Assembly (NCBI GenBank): GCA_963713155.1 | Contig: CAVQKS010000003.1 | Span: 1,592 to 65,591, forward strand | Length of the DNA: 64,000 bases | Direction of reading: 5' to 3' | From: an uncultured Thermoleophilia bacterium | GTDB taxonomy: Bacteria > Actinomycetota > Thermoleophilia > Gaiellales > Gaiellaceae | The notes under the pieces: generated by a model | What the model was told of the DNA's origin: nothing | Seen by the model: the letters and a program-made list of their open reading frames with translations, nothing else | Database searches by the model: none | In this document: positions 1 through 9,311 of the stretch, piece by piece | How positions within the stretch are numbered: position 1 is the stretch's first letter | How the letters are laid out: the number at the start of each line of letters is the position of its first letter | Made by a program: the position numbers and the translations under genes

Positions 1-269
1 CCAACACACGAAGGGGCGACCGGCGAGCGGACAGGCCTCACTCGAGGCAGCTGCCAAGCTCCTATCAGGTCACGCTCGACGGTCTCGGGAAGGCGGCGGC
101 GACACAACGCTGGCAAGTCGGCACCAACCGACAGTCCGGAATGGAGTCAGCCGCCGCCGACCCGAGTCTCTTGCGCACACCGGACGCCACCGTCACCCGA
201 CAATGACAGTGAGTTCAGGAATGACGCCTGACGCAACCTCCGGTTCAGCTCAAAAAGAACGCTGAACGA

Positions 270-635
270 TTAGGGAATCGTGGCGAGAGCCGAGTGGTAG
301 CCACCGCGCACGCAAGTCACATCAAACGCTCGGTTGGTCGTTACGTTGACGTTTAGCGTGAAGATCGAGCGGTCTGTCGTTCCAGGCTTCGGCCACCCTG
401 CGCCTGCGCCTTCCTCGCTGCCAGTCGGGGCGGTCACTGAGAGCGCCCGACCCTTGTAGCGGCAAAGGACCGTCTCCCCTGGGTGTAGTTGCGTACGGGT
501 GTAGGTGCGGTTCGTCCCGACCTTGACGGTGAGCCGAGTTGGCCGTGCGCTAGCCGAACTCTCCAGAGCGAGAGCGAAGGCGGTCGTCGCCAGCGTGAGC
601 AGAACGGCCAGGCTGTGTTTGCGCCGGGCGGTCAT
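270..635 (-). CDS. hypothetical secreted protein (signal peptide)
   Basis: ORF 270..725. The internal ATG at 635 gives MTARRKHSLAVLLTLATTAFALALESSASA (basic n-region, hydrophobic core, ASA cleavage-like site). No family recognised. Stem-loop GTTCAGC/GCTGAAC at 243-267 lies just downstream of the stop. Confidence 0.5.
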   Translation of the reverse strand: MTARRKHSLAVLLTLATTAFALALESSASARPTRLTVKVGTNRTYTRTQLHPGETVLCRYKGRALSVTAPTGSEEGAGAGWPKPGTTDRSIFTLNVNVTTNRAFDVTCVRGGYHSALATIP

Positions 636-732
636 GTTTGACAAGTCTGACGGAACGCCTTCGTCGTAGTTAGGGATCGCGCGGGTCGCCTGCGCCAGAT
701 GCTCACGAATGACGCCCGAGATCACACGTCGA

Positions 733-1693
733 TTACGACGGTCCGTCGAGGAACATCCTCAGCCGAATTGCGACCCCGTTCAAGTGGTTGTCACGGTCGG
801 GCGGGTCGAGACTCGACGCCCACCGTTGAACGTTGATCGCGCGACAGATCCATCCGAGACGGAGGGCAGTGGTAAGCGCGGCTCTCAGCTCGGCCGGCTT
901 CCCATAGGCCGAGAACGGTTCGAGATACGCGTCGGCGAACGGCCGGACATCGACGCTGTCGGCGACATCGTCCAGCCCCCAGGCGAGATTCCCTTCGAGC
1001 GTGACTGCCATCGTGAAAAACGGGTGTGAGACACAGCAATCCGCCCAATCGGCAATCGCATAGCCGCCCTCGCGGACGAAGACCTGACCGTCATGAAGGT
1101 CGTCGTGCTGGATCGTCTCGGGAATCGAGAGCGCGGCGAGCTCCTCACACATCTCCGCGGACTTCATGCTGCAAGCGGAGGAGCCGCGAACTCTCCTCCG
1201 AAGTGAGTCCCCGGACTACCTCGAGCAGAAGTGCGTACTCCGCTGCTAGGTCGCCGAGCGGAACACGCGGTACACCCGCAACGGCGAACGCATCAACGTC
1301 GTCGATCGTCGCCAGCTGAAGTTCCCCGTAGAGCGGCAACACTTCTAGCCAGCGAACGAGGCTGCGTTCCCGAGCGGCGACATCTCGCAGGAGTTCGCCT
1401 CCGTCGGCCATCAGTATCCAGCCACGCTCATGATCAACGGCGAGGAGCACCGGGACTCGATCTGGCCCGCGGCGACCGAGAATGCTCAGAACGGCCCCCT
1501 CATGACCCAGCGAGGGCATGTTGGCTTTGAACCACAGGTCCGCCCCCGAAACGGGTACACGCAGCGCCGTAGACCACGGCCGCACATGAGTCTGCTCCAC
1601 CGCACCCGCCGCAGGCAGACCAAGATGCGCCAATTCCCCTTCGATCCAGGCCGAGGCGTCGTTCAACCACGCCGGGTCGGACCAGGCAATCAT
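733..1693 (-). pseudogene. APH/choline-kinase-fold phosphotransferase, split by a frameshift
   Basis: ORFs 1145..1693 and 733..1167 are the N- and C-halves of one phosphotransferase. The C-half carries the catalytic-loop-like IQHDDLHDGQVF. The frames change within about 1145-1200. Confidence 0.55.
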
Positions 1694-1775
1694 TCGCGCA
1701 GCCTAAGCCGCTGAGCGCCCGCCAGGACAACACCGCTGGGCTGGGCCAGTGTCCGGGAACGATCCGTGACGCGAT

Positions 1776-2305
1776 CTAGGACGAGAAGGCGGGTGCGTAC
1801 TCAAACCGTCCTGCGACAGAGTCTGTGTACGCGGTTAGAGGTCGGGCTTGGAAGGCATCTCCCCATTCCGGCTGCGGAGCTATCACGCCCAACTCCTTGG
1901 CCGGACGGAACCCGAAGCGGGTGTAGTACTGCGGCGCGCCGAGCAGAACGATCAACGGCACGTTCGCAGAATCAGCAGCGGCGAGAAGCGCGTCTATCAG
2001 GGTGCTCCCGATGCCTGTGCCTTGATGATCCGGAAGGGCGCCAATCGGCCCGACGGCGACAACTGGGTCGGCGGCGACGGTCGCCTGGCTCGCCGTGACA
2101 TGGCCGACCACCCCGCCGTCGGTTAGTGCCGTGAACGAGAACTCGGGAATGGCGTCGCCCGCCTCCCACAGCGCCTCGAACAGACCGACCTCGGGTGCGA
2201 CGGAACCAGGGTCCTGCGGCCGCCGGAAACGCGGCCGCCGAAAGCCTCTGCGTAGACGTGCCGAATCGCCTCGTAATCGTCGGCCTGCTGCTCCCTAACG
2301 ATCAC
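1776..2305 (-). pseudogene. GNAT family N-acetyltransferase, split by a frameshift
   Basis: The N-terminus MIVREQQADDYEAIRHVYAEAFGG is in ORF 2123..2305. The remainder PEVGLFEALWEAGD...GHVTAS...HQGTGIGSTLIDALL...YYTRFGF is in the frame of ORF 1776..2111. The switch lies in 2196-2231. Confidence 0.55.
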
Positions 2306-2353
2306 CGGCTGATCCTCGCATCGCGTGCAGTCCCTCGCCCGGGCGAGCGTCCC

Positions 2354-2569
2354 TTACGCTTGATCGGCGCTTGACGAACGCCGATTAGCTGCTCTTGGCA
2401 AAGCGTCGACGTACGGCGACACCCAGCGTGGCAACGCGCCGAGGGCGATCCCCATCAGATTCGTTTGCACGCAGGTGCGGCAGGCGTTGCAGCAGGTTGC
2501 GGCCGGCGGAGCGTTCTCGCCGTACTTGGCGACAACCTGACCTACGCGCACCGTTGCAAACTGCTTCAC
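2354..2569 (-). CDS. small Cys-rich hypothetical protein (CCxxCxxC followed by a hydrophobic segment)
   Basis: 71-aa ORF with a GTG start and motif TCCNACRTCVQTNLMGIALGAL. No clear Shine-Dalgarno sequence and no family recognised. Confidence 0.35.
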   Translation of the reverse strand: MKQFATVRVGQVVAKYGENAPPAATCCNACRTCVQTNLMGIALGALPRWVSPYVDALPRAANRRSSSADQA

Positions 2570-2807
2570 GGTGAGATTGCACGTTTTCGGAGGACGTTCG
2601 ACACCGCCGCTGCCTAGCGGAACTGATCACTCAGATGATCATCTCGAGGAGCGCGAGACCAAGGCACGGTGTGAGAAGTTCTCGCGGTTCGATATGGGTT
2701 TCCTGAGGAAGAGGGGCGGAGCCGCGAATTGCGCAAACCACCTGAGCCTGGCTCCGGCGGCGATCAGCCTCGGCTAGCCCTCGCTGTCGTGCCGACAGGG
2801 GAACGGG

Positions 2808-3791
2808 TCAATCGCCGAACGCGCGGCGCGCCCGGTCGCGCCTGTCTTCGTCCGCCGACCGCAGCGCGTGCCCAAGGAGCTCGCGCCTAAGGTCGCTCGG
2901 GATCTTGGCCAGGTCGCTGCCGCGTTCGTTCCCGAAGCTCCAGCCCGCAAAGAGGCGTGCGGCGCCCTCTCGCAACTCGGCTGACTGCGGCTCCGCCTGA
3001 GCCGCTCGAACGAGCGCCTCGAATGGCATCTGGAGGAGGCACCACTCGGGCACGTCCTCGTAGGAGGGGTATCCCGACCAAGGCCCCTCGCCCTGGCCAA
3101 ACCACTCCATGAGCACACGAGCGCGCGCCACCGGGTCCGGATACTTCCGACTCATGACATCCGCAACCTCGGGCCATTCCAGCGACAGCCCCGACATCGA
3201 GAGCCAGAGCGAGTCCAGTGCCCGCGGCATAGCGGCGCGCCACCGCTCCGCAGCGTCGGCGGCGTCTGCTGTGTGGCGCCGGGCGTCGTCGTACTCCTCA
3301 CGGGCGCTCGGCATCCCGCGCGTGCTGAGCCAATCGAGGATCGGGCCGGACTCGACGAGTGGAGCGTTGTAGAAGAACGGATCCCACCGAAGCGACTCCC
3401 CGTGATGGAGTGTCACCGTCCCGAGATCCTCGCCGTCACGGCTGAACACGAAGTCGAGGGTGCCAGCACACATGCAGTGACCCATTTCGCCCTCGCTCCG
3501 CAACGCGTCGCGGAGCGAGGCGAGGTCGGACGGATCATCCGTCTCGTAGAGCGCCTCGCCGGTCGAGAAGACGTCCCGGACCACAACCGACGATGCGGCT
3601 CCAACCAGCCTGTCGAGATCTGCTTGCGTCGGATGCCGGCCCGGCTCATGGAACCTACGCGCGAGGTCCTCCCCCATGATCAGCCCGTTCGCCGGAGAAG
3701 AGGCGCGGCGGTTAGGGCGGCGAAACCCGCGCATCCCGCGACGATAGCGCCGCAGACCTCCGCGTTCATGCGGCCGGCGCCCCCGCTCCAA
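2808..3791 (-). CDS. hypothetical protein (327 aa, no recognised domain)
   Basis: Long ORF with non-repetitive composition. TTG start at 3791 is preceded by GGAGG at a 7-nt spacing. Alternative ATG at 3677. Stem-loop CTGTCG/CGACAG lies just after the stop. Confidence 0.6.
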   Translation of the reverse strand: MERGRRPHERGGLRRYRRGMRGFRRPNRRASSPANGLIMGEDLARRFHEPGRHPTQADLDRLVGAASSVVVRDVFSTGEALYETDDPSDLASLRDALRSEGEMGHCMCAGTLDFVFSRDGEDLGTVTLHHGESLRWDPFFYNAPLVESGPILDWLSTRGMPSAREEYDDARRHTADAADAAERWRAAMPRALDSLWLSMSGLSLEWPEVADVMSRKYPDPVARARVLMEWFGQGEGPWSGYPSYEDVPEWCLLQMPFEALVRAAQAEPQSAELREGAARLFAGWSFGNERGSDLAKIPSDLRRELLGHALRSADEDRRDRARRAFGD

Positions 3792-3840
3792 GCAGCAGCC
3801 TCCTGGTCACTCCTTCCCCACGCACGAGGGAACGAATCGA

Positions 3841-4203
3841 TGGAGGCGGCGGGAATCGAACCCGCGTCCGCGGACGCACCGGAATGAGCGTCTACAAGCT
3901 TAGGTCGCCCTTTCGATTCACCCGGCGGCCGGTGTGCGACCGACCTACCGCCGGACTAGCCCTCCTGCAGTGTCGCGCCTCCGGCGAGTGGCTTTCCTTC
4001 GGCGCCGAGCCCGCTGGTTGATGCCGGCTCCGGGACGCGGGCTTGCCCGGGCCGACACGCTGCTTTTGTCCCTAGAGACTAGGCAGCGAGTGCGAGATCG
4101 TGATCCGCACTTGCATTGGTTCCGGTTGTTTTACGAGGCCGACCGGAGACCTCGGCTTGCAGCTCACCCGGAGAACCGACCACGTCGAAGCCATGGCGCC
4201 CCC
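3841..4203 (-). ncRNA. ssrA: tmRNA (transfer-messenger RNA)
   Basis: The 5' end is GGGGGCGCCATGGCTTCGAC. The 3' end is GCGGGTTCGATTCCCGC-CGCCTCC-A. The acceptor stem GGGGGCG/CGCCUCC has the G3-U70 alanine identity pair. The tag ORF ends ...GAT CAC GAT CTC GCA CTC GCT GCC TAG (…DHDLALAA*). smpB lies 1 kb away. CCA is not encoded. Confidence 0.95.
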
Positions 4204-4240
4204 GTATGTTTTGTGCACGGAGCGTAGCGCGCCGGACGGC

Positions 4241-5167
4241 TCAGGGCGAGGGCGGCGGGCCGGGAGTCGGCACCGGGGTCGGTACGGGCACGGCCGCCGT
4301 GACCGCCGAGGTCGCCGTCGGGGCGCCGAACCTGTCGGTCGCGGTCTCGACGACCGAGAACGTGGATCCGGCGTCGGTCGCTACGACGGTGTACGTCGTC
4401 GATGTCGCGCCGGTGATCGCCGCACAGTTGGCGCCGGTTCCGTCGCAGCGCTGCCACTGGTAGGAGAGCGTCACGTCCGGATTGCTCCATGTCCCCGGCG
4501 TCACGGTGAGCGCCTGCCCCACGTCGACCGTCCCGGTGATCGCCGGCGGAGCGATGTCGACCGGCGTCAGCTGTTGCGTGATGTGCGCCTGGAGGATCTT
4601 CGCCAGGTTTGCCGAGTCGGCCTGCGCGATCGGCCGCACGCCGACGACGACGAGCAGCTCGAAGACCCGGTCGAACCGCATGTAGAGCAGGCTCTCGTAC
4701 GCAGTGGCCGTCTTCAACTTGATGCTGAGCGGCAGCTCGACCGTGGCGTCACCGACATGCGGATGACGGAGTGCGCTCAACTTGACGGCCGTCGCCTTGA
4801 CGCGAAGCTTGACGGCGATCCCGGAGACGAACCCGGCGCGGCCCGCCTTCGAGTTGAGCACTCGCTGGACGACTGCGAGATCTGTCGTGACCTGCTTGGC
4901 AGTCGTCGCGAGCTTCCCTTCGGACTGCATGCCGATGATCTCTGAACGGCCGTAGGGCGCAGTCAGCTTCAGCGTGCGCTGGTACGCCGACAGGTACCCG
5001 CCTGCCGCGACCTTCCCCTGGGAGACGGTCTTCGCCCCCGGGACGTCGGCGGCGCCGAGCGTCATGCCGGCGATGCTCGGCTGGGTCGCAGCCGCTCCGG
5101 CGACGGAGGTCACGAGCGCCGCCGCGGCGAGCACGGCGGAGACGAGCGTTGCGATCGAGGTCCTCAT
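4241..5167 (-). CDS. secreted protein with C-terminal Ig-like SYQWQRC repeat module and Pro-rich tail
   Basis: Signal peptide MRTSIATLVSAVLAAAALVTSVAGAAA. C-terminal module GTWSNPDVTLSYQWQRCDGTGANCAAITGATSTTYTVVATDAG, then PVPTPVPTPGPPPSP. Confidence 0.7.
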   Translation of the reverse strand: MRTSIATLVSAVLAAAALVTSVAGAAATQPSIAGMTLGAADVPGAKTVSQGKVAAGGYLSAYQRTLKLTAPYGRSEIIGMQSEGKLATTAKQVTTDLAVVQRVLNSKAGRAGFVSGIAVKLRVKATAVKLSALRHPHVGDATVELPLSIKLKTATAYESLLYMRFDRVFELLVVVGVRPIAQADSANLAKILQAHITQQLTPVDIAPPAITGTVDVGQALTVTPGTWSNPDVTLSYQWQRCDGTGANCAAITGATSTTYTVVATDAGSTFSVVETATDRFGAPTATSAVTAAVPVPTPVPTPGPPPSP

Positions 5168-5180
5168 CGTCAGCTGGAGG

Positions 5181-5633
5181 CTAGCGGTGGCCCTTGACGG
5201 CGCGCTCCATCTGGCGCTTGGCGTCCCGCTCCATCAGGTCGCGCCGCTTGTCGCGATGCTCCTTGCCGCGGGCAACGGCGAGCTCGACCTTGACGCGGCT
5301 GTCCTTGAAGTAGAGGCGGGTCGGAACGAGTGTCAGTCCCTTCTCGCGCACCTTGCCGTAGAGCGAATCGATCTCCCGGCGATGCAGGAGCAACTTGCGT
5401 GCGCGCATCGGCTCGTGATTCGCGCGGTTGCCCTGGTCGTAGGTGGCGATCTCGAGCCCCACGAGCCATGCCTCGCCCTCCCGCACCTCGGCGAAGGCGT
5501 GCGCGAGCGTTGCGCGTCCGTCGCGCAGCGACTTCACCTCGGTGCCGGTGAGCGCGATGCCGGCTTCGACCCGCTCGAGGAGCTGGTAGTCGTGGCGCGC
5601 ACGCCGGTTCTCGGCGATCGTCTTCTCGGCCAT
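5181..5633 (-). CDS. smpB: SsrA-binding protein SmpB
   Basis: 150 aa from the ATG at 5633: MAEKTIAENRRARHDYQLLERVEAGIALTGTEVKSLR...KRRDLMERDAKRQMERAVKG. The ORF track fuses it to rnr only because of read-through in that frame. Confidence 0.95.
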   Translation of the reverse strand: MAEKTIAENRRARHDYQLLERVEAGIALTGTEVKSLRDGRATLAHAFAEVREGEAWLVGLEIATYDQGNRANHEPMRARKLLLHRREIDSLYGKVREKGLTLVPTRLYFKDSRVKVELAVARGKEHRDKRRDLMERDAKRQMERAVKGHR

Positions 5634-5650
5634 CGGCCACGAGGGTAGCG

Positions 5651-7322
5651 TCAGCCGGTCGCTCGTCCTAGGGCGAGATCGACCTTTCCCTCGTTCCGGG
5701 CGATCGACTCGACACGCACCGTCAGCGGATCGCCGAGCCGGTAGCGCCGGCCTGTCGTCCGGCCGACGAGTGCCGTGCCGACCTGGTTCAGCTCGAAGTA
5801 CTCCCCGTGCAGTCGCCGGGCGGGCAGGAAGCCCTCGAACACGTCGCCAAAGCGAATGAACAGCCCCGAACCGATCAGCCCGATGATCTCGCCCTCGAAC
5901 GGCTCGTCCCAGCCTGCCTCGTAGAGCGCTGCGCTCGAGCAGCCACGCGGCGCAGATCTCATCGGCGAGGTACTCGACCTGCGCCGCCTCCCGTTCCCGC
6001 TCGGATGCGTGCTCGGCGAGCGCGTCAAGGTCGGCCGGAGCCGAGTCGTCGCCGAGACCGAGCTCGCGGAGGAGCGAGCGGTGGACGACCAGATCGGGGT
6101 ACCGCCGGATCGGCGAGGTGAAGTGGCAGTAGGCCGAGCTTGCGAGCCCCGCGTGGCCGAGGTTGCGGGGGTCGTACCGTGCCTGCTTCAGGGCACGGAG
6201 CACGAGCGCGGAAAACGCCTCGCGCCCACGGCCGGACGACGCGGTGTATTCGGCGATGCGCAGCGAGATCGCCCCCGCGAGGCGCGCCGCCTGCTCCTGC
6301 GTCAGGCGTTCGGGCACGGGCGGCGTCGGGACGTCGAGGTCGGCAAGCTTCGCCAGCAGCAGCTCGACCGCCTGCGGATCGGGGCGTTCGTGCACCCGGT
6401 ACAGCGTCTCGCGCCGCCGGGCCGCCAAAAAAGCGGCGACGCGTTCGTTGGCGAGGATCATCAGCTCCTCCACCAGCATGTGAGCGCGCGGCTCGCCTTC
6501 GAGGCGGGCGTCGGCGATGCCGCCTTCGCCGTCGAAGCGATAGACCACCTCGGGCGTCTGCACCTGCAACGCCCCGCGCTCGAAGCGTCTCGCGCGCAGC
6601 TCCCGCGCCAGAACGTCGTTGAGCTCGAGCGCCTCGACGATCGCGGCCGTTGCGTCACGGGCCTCCGCCTGGCCGTAGGTGAGGCGTGCGTCCGAGCGGA
6701 TCACCGAGCGGTAGAACTGCGGCTCGCCGCTCGGCGGGATTTCGACGGTCACGCAGAGCCGGTCCTCGTCAGGACGGAGCGAGCAGAGGTCGTCGGCCAG
6801 CTCGTGCGGCAGCATCGGCGCAACCGCGCCCGGGACATAGGTCGAGAACGCCCGCTGCGCTGCACCGCGGTCGAGCGGCGTCCCGGTCCCGACGAAGTAC
6901 GAGACGTCGGCGATGTGCACCCAGGCGCGAATACCGTCCGCCTCGCGCCGAAACGACAGCGCGTCGTCGAAGTCCTTCGCCGTGTCTGGGTCGACCGTGT
7001 AGGTGATGAGGTCGCGCAGATCGACACGGTCGTCCAGCTTCGCCGCGGGTGCGTCGTGGGGCTCGAACGTGGCGCGGGCGCCCTTCTCGACCAGCAGCGC
7101 CTCGAGTACGTCCTCGATGCGCGATGCGGACCCAAGGGCTCGATCGACCCTCGCCCGCCCGCGGCCCGTGCGCACGAGCGCCAGCTCGCCGGGGCCGACA
7201 CCGCCGCTTCCCTTCGTCTCGAGCACGATCGGCACGCCAGGCGTGAAGTACGGCTCGCCGATCAGCAGCCGGCCGCGACGACTAACTTCGACTACGAGAG
7301 AAGAACCGGAGAGCTGCGGCAA
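5651..7322 (-). CDS. rnr: RNase R / RNase II-family 3'-5' exoribonuclease (apparent frameshift near 5930)
   Basis: The RNB core (…DPDTAKDFDDALS…HFTSPIRRYPDLVVHR…) is in frame with the TTG at 7322. The C-terminal S1 domain (LYEAGWDEPFEGEIIGLIGSGLFIRF…) is in the frame of ORF 5651..6028. Confidence 0.85.
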
Positions 7323-8418
7323 GGGCGTGGCGCGAGCGTATGTCAGGCTGGATGCCCCCGCGCGAGATCACGTAGCCGGCGGGAGTCAGGTACCGGGCCA
7401 CGGTGAGCTTCAGGGCCGCGCCTGACGGCAGCTGGTAGATCTGCTGGACGAGCGACTTGCCGAACGTCGACGCGCCGATGATCGTCGCCCGAGCGTAGTC
7501 CTTGAGAGCTCCCGCAACGACCTCCGAGGCGCTTGCGCTGCGGTGATCGACGAGCACCGCCAGAGGAGCGGAGACCGCAAGATTCCCGTTCGAGTCGAAG
7601 GTCCGTAGAGGCCGGTGCGCGCCTGCGAGCGAAACGATCGTCGATCCGTCGCGCAGGAAGAGTGACGCGACCCCTACCGCCTGATCGAGCAACCCACCGG
7701 GGTTCGAGCGCAGGTCGATCGCGTAGGCGGTCGCCCCCTCCGCGCGGAGCCGGCGAACCGCCGCCCGCGTCTCGGCCGCCGAGCCCTGAACGAACGCAGA
7801 GATACGAACGACGCCGACCTTTCCATCGAGAGTCGCGTGCACGGGATGAACATCGAATTGCCGCCGCTTCAATGCCACGTCGACCGTGCGCAACCCACGC
7901 TGGATCCGCAGCCGAACCGTCGTCCCGGGTGCACCGAGGATGCGGCCGACCGCTTCGCGATAGGCCATCCCCTTCGTCGACTTGCCGTTGACCGCGAGTA
8001 TCACGTCGCCGGGCCGGACCCCTTGCACGTGCACCGATCCGACCCAGGCCCGACGGACGATCAAACCGTCGGGGATCGGAGCGACGGTGATCCCGATGCC
8101 TCCGTAGGCGGCCGCGAACTGGCGCCGGGCCACGAGGTACTCGGCCGGGGTCAGGTACGTCGTATAGCGATCGTGAAGCGATGCGATCAGCTTCGGGATC
8201 GACGGGCTCGCGAGCTGTGCCGCTGACAGCCGGTGGTAGTACTGGCGCTCGAGCACTGTGCGGACCTGGTCGAGCTCGCTCGGCGGCGTCGCGCGTGGCG
8301 GCAGCGGTCGCACGATCAGCCCGACGACGAAGGCGACGGCCACGGCTGCGCCCAGCGCGAAGGCCGCCGGGCGCCGCCTGATCCCCGACAGTGCACCCGC
8401 CGAGACGCGGGCCGCCAT
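7282..8418 (-). CDS. S41 family C-terminal processing peptidase (PDZ + peptidase domain)
   Basis: N-terminal TM segment, PDZ-like GVRPGDVILAVNG, and S41 core IDLRSNPGGLL…ASASEVVAGALKD…GASTFGK. Confidence 0.85.
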   Translation of the reverse strand: MAARVSAGALSGIRRRPAAFALGAAVAVAFVVGLIVRPLPPRATPPSELDQVRTVLERQYYHRLSAAQLASPSIPKLIASLHDRYTTYLTPAEYLVARRQFAAAYGGIGITVAPIPDGLIVRRAWVGSVHVQGVRPGDVILAVNGKSTKGMAYREAVGRILGAPGTTVRLRIQRGLRTVDVALKRRQFDVHPVHATLDGKVGVVRISAFVQGSAAETRAAVRRLRAEGATAYAIDLRSNPGGLLDQAVGVASLFLRDGSTIVSLAGAHRPLRTFDSNGNLAVSAPLAVLVDHRSASASEVVAGALKDYARATIIGASTFGKSLVQQIYQLPSGAALKLTVARYLTPAGYVISRGGIQPDIRSRHALAAALRFFSRSRS

Positions 8419-8420
8419 GG

Positions 8421-9311
8421 TCAGATCCGGAGGAAGCGCCGGATCGTCAGTCCGGAGCCGATCGCGCCGAGGCTCAAGCCCATCCCGACGAGGATCAGCG
8501 CGGTGACGGGGAAGGCGAGCGCCTTCACGTCCGCATCTCCGGTGAGATGCGGGAGGATCGCCGGGAGCGCGATCGTCTTGCCGAGGAGCATGAAGAACAC
8601 CGCGAGCAGCGATCCGGCGAGGCCGCAGAACAGGCCTTCGAGCATGAACGGCCCGCGGACGAACCAGTTCGTCGCGCCGACGAGCTTCATCACCTCGATC
8701 TCACGCCGCCGCGAGAAGATCGACAGCCGGATCGTGTTCGAGATCAGCAGGATCGAGGCGACCAGGAGGATCAGCGTCGCGAGGATGAAGACGACCTCGA
8801 TCACATGGGCGACCTGCAGGATCCGATGCGACACCCGCTTGCCGTCGTTCACGGTCGAGACTCCCGGCGGCTTGTGCGGGAAGACGATGAAGTGGTAGAG
8901 GTTGTCGACGTTCTCGGCCTTGTTCGGCGTGACTTCGAGCTCGGCGGGAAATGGATTCGACGTCAGGTCTCGGGTGAGATCCGGATAGCGCTTCTTCATG
9001 ATCCCGAGCGCCTGCTGCTGCGTGATGTACTTGACTCCGCCCGCCTTCACATACGGGCTCTGCTCGAGCCGCTTGACGAACGCGGTCTTCTGCGCAGGCG
9101 TCGCGGCCGGATGCCCGTCGAAGTAGACCTTCACGACGAGCTCCTTCTTCACGTGGTTCGACCACGAAACCGTCCAGCTGCCGAGGGCGATGAAGAGGCC
9201 GAGCAGGAACATTCCGATCAACACGGTCATCGTCGCTGCAATGGTCGTGGACAGATTGGCGCCGAGCGACCGCCAGGCCTCCGAGACGAGCAGCTTCGTA
9301 CGCGCGCTCAT
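8421..9311 (-). CDS. ftsX: cell-division ABC transporter permease FtsX
   Basis: 296 aa with FtsX topology and C-terminal permease TMs. ATGA overlap with ftsE. Confidence 0.9.
   Translation of the reverse strand: MSARTKLLVSEAWRSLGANLSTTIAATMTVLIGMFLLGLFIALGSWTVSWSNHVKKELVVKVYFDGHPAATPAQKTAFVKRLEQSPYVKAGGVKYITQQQALGIMKKRYPDLTRDLTSNPFPAELEVTPNKAENVDNLYHFIVFPHKPPGVSTVNDGKRVSHRILQVAHVIEVVFILATLILLVASILLISNTIRLSIFSRRREIEVMKLVGATNWFVRGPFMLEGLFCGLAGSLLAVFFMLLGKTIALPAILPHLTGDADVKALAFPVTALILVGMGLSLGAIGSGLTIRRFLRI

Noticed and set aside
1110-1135. GGGAATCGA resembling the ssrA 3' end, as a possible att repeat for an ssrA-targeted island.
   Set aside because: Only 9 nt match, and they lie inside the coding sequence of the APH-type gene (…SIPETIQ…). 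This is probably coincidence.
5181-7322. 713-aa ORF suggesting an RNase R-SmpB fusion protein.
   Set aside because: The junction region (…RGRLGRAVRGRDHRADR…RPRTSDRLTLPSWP) is out-of-frame read-through. SmpB has its own ATG at 5633, and the real RNase R S1 domain is in another frame.
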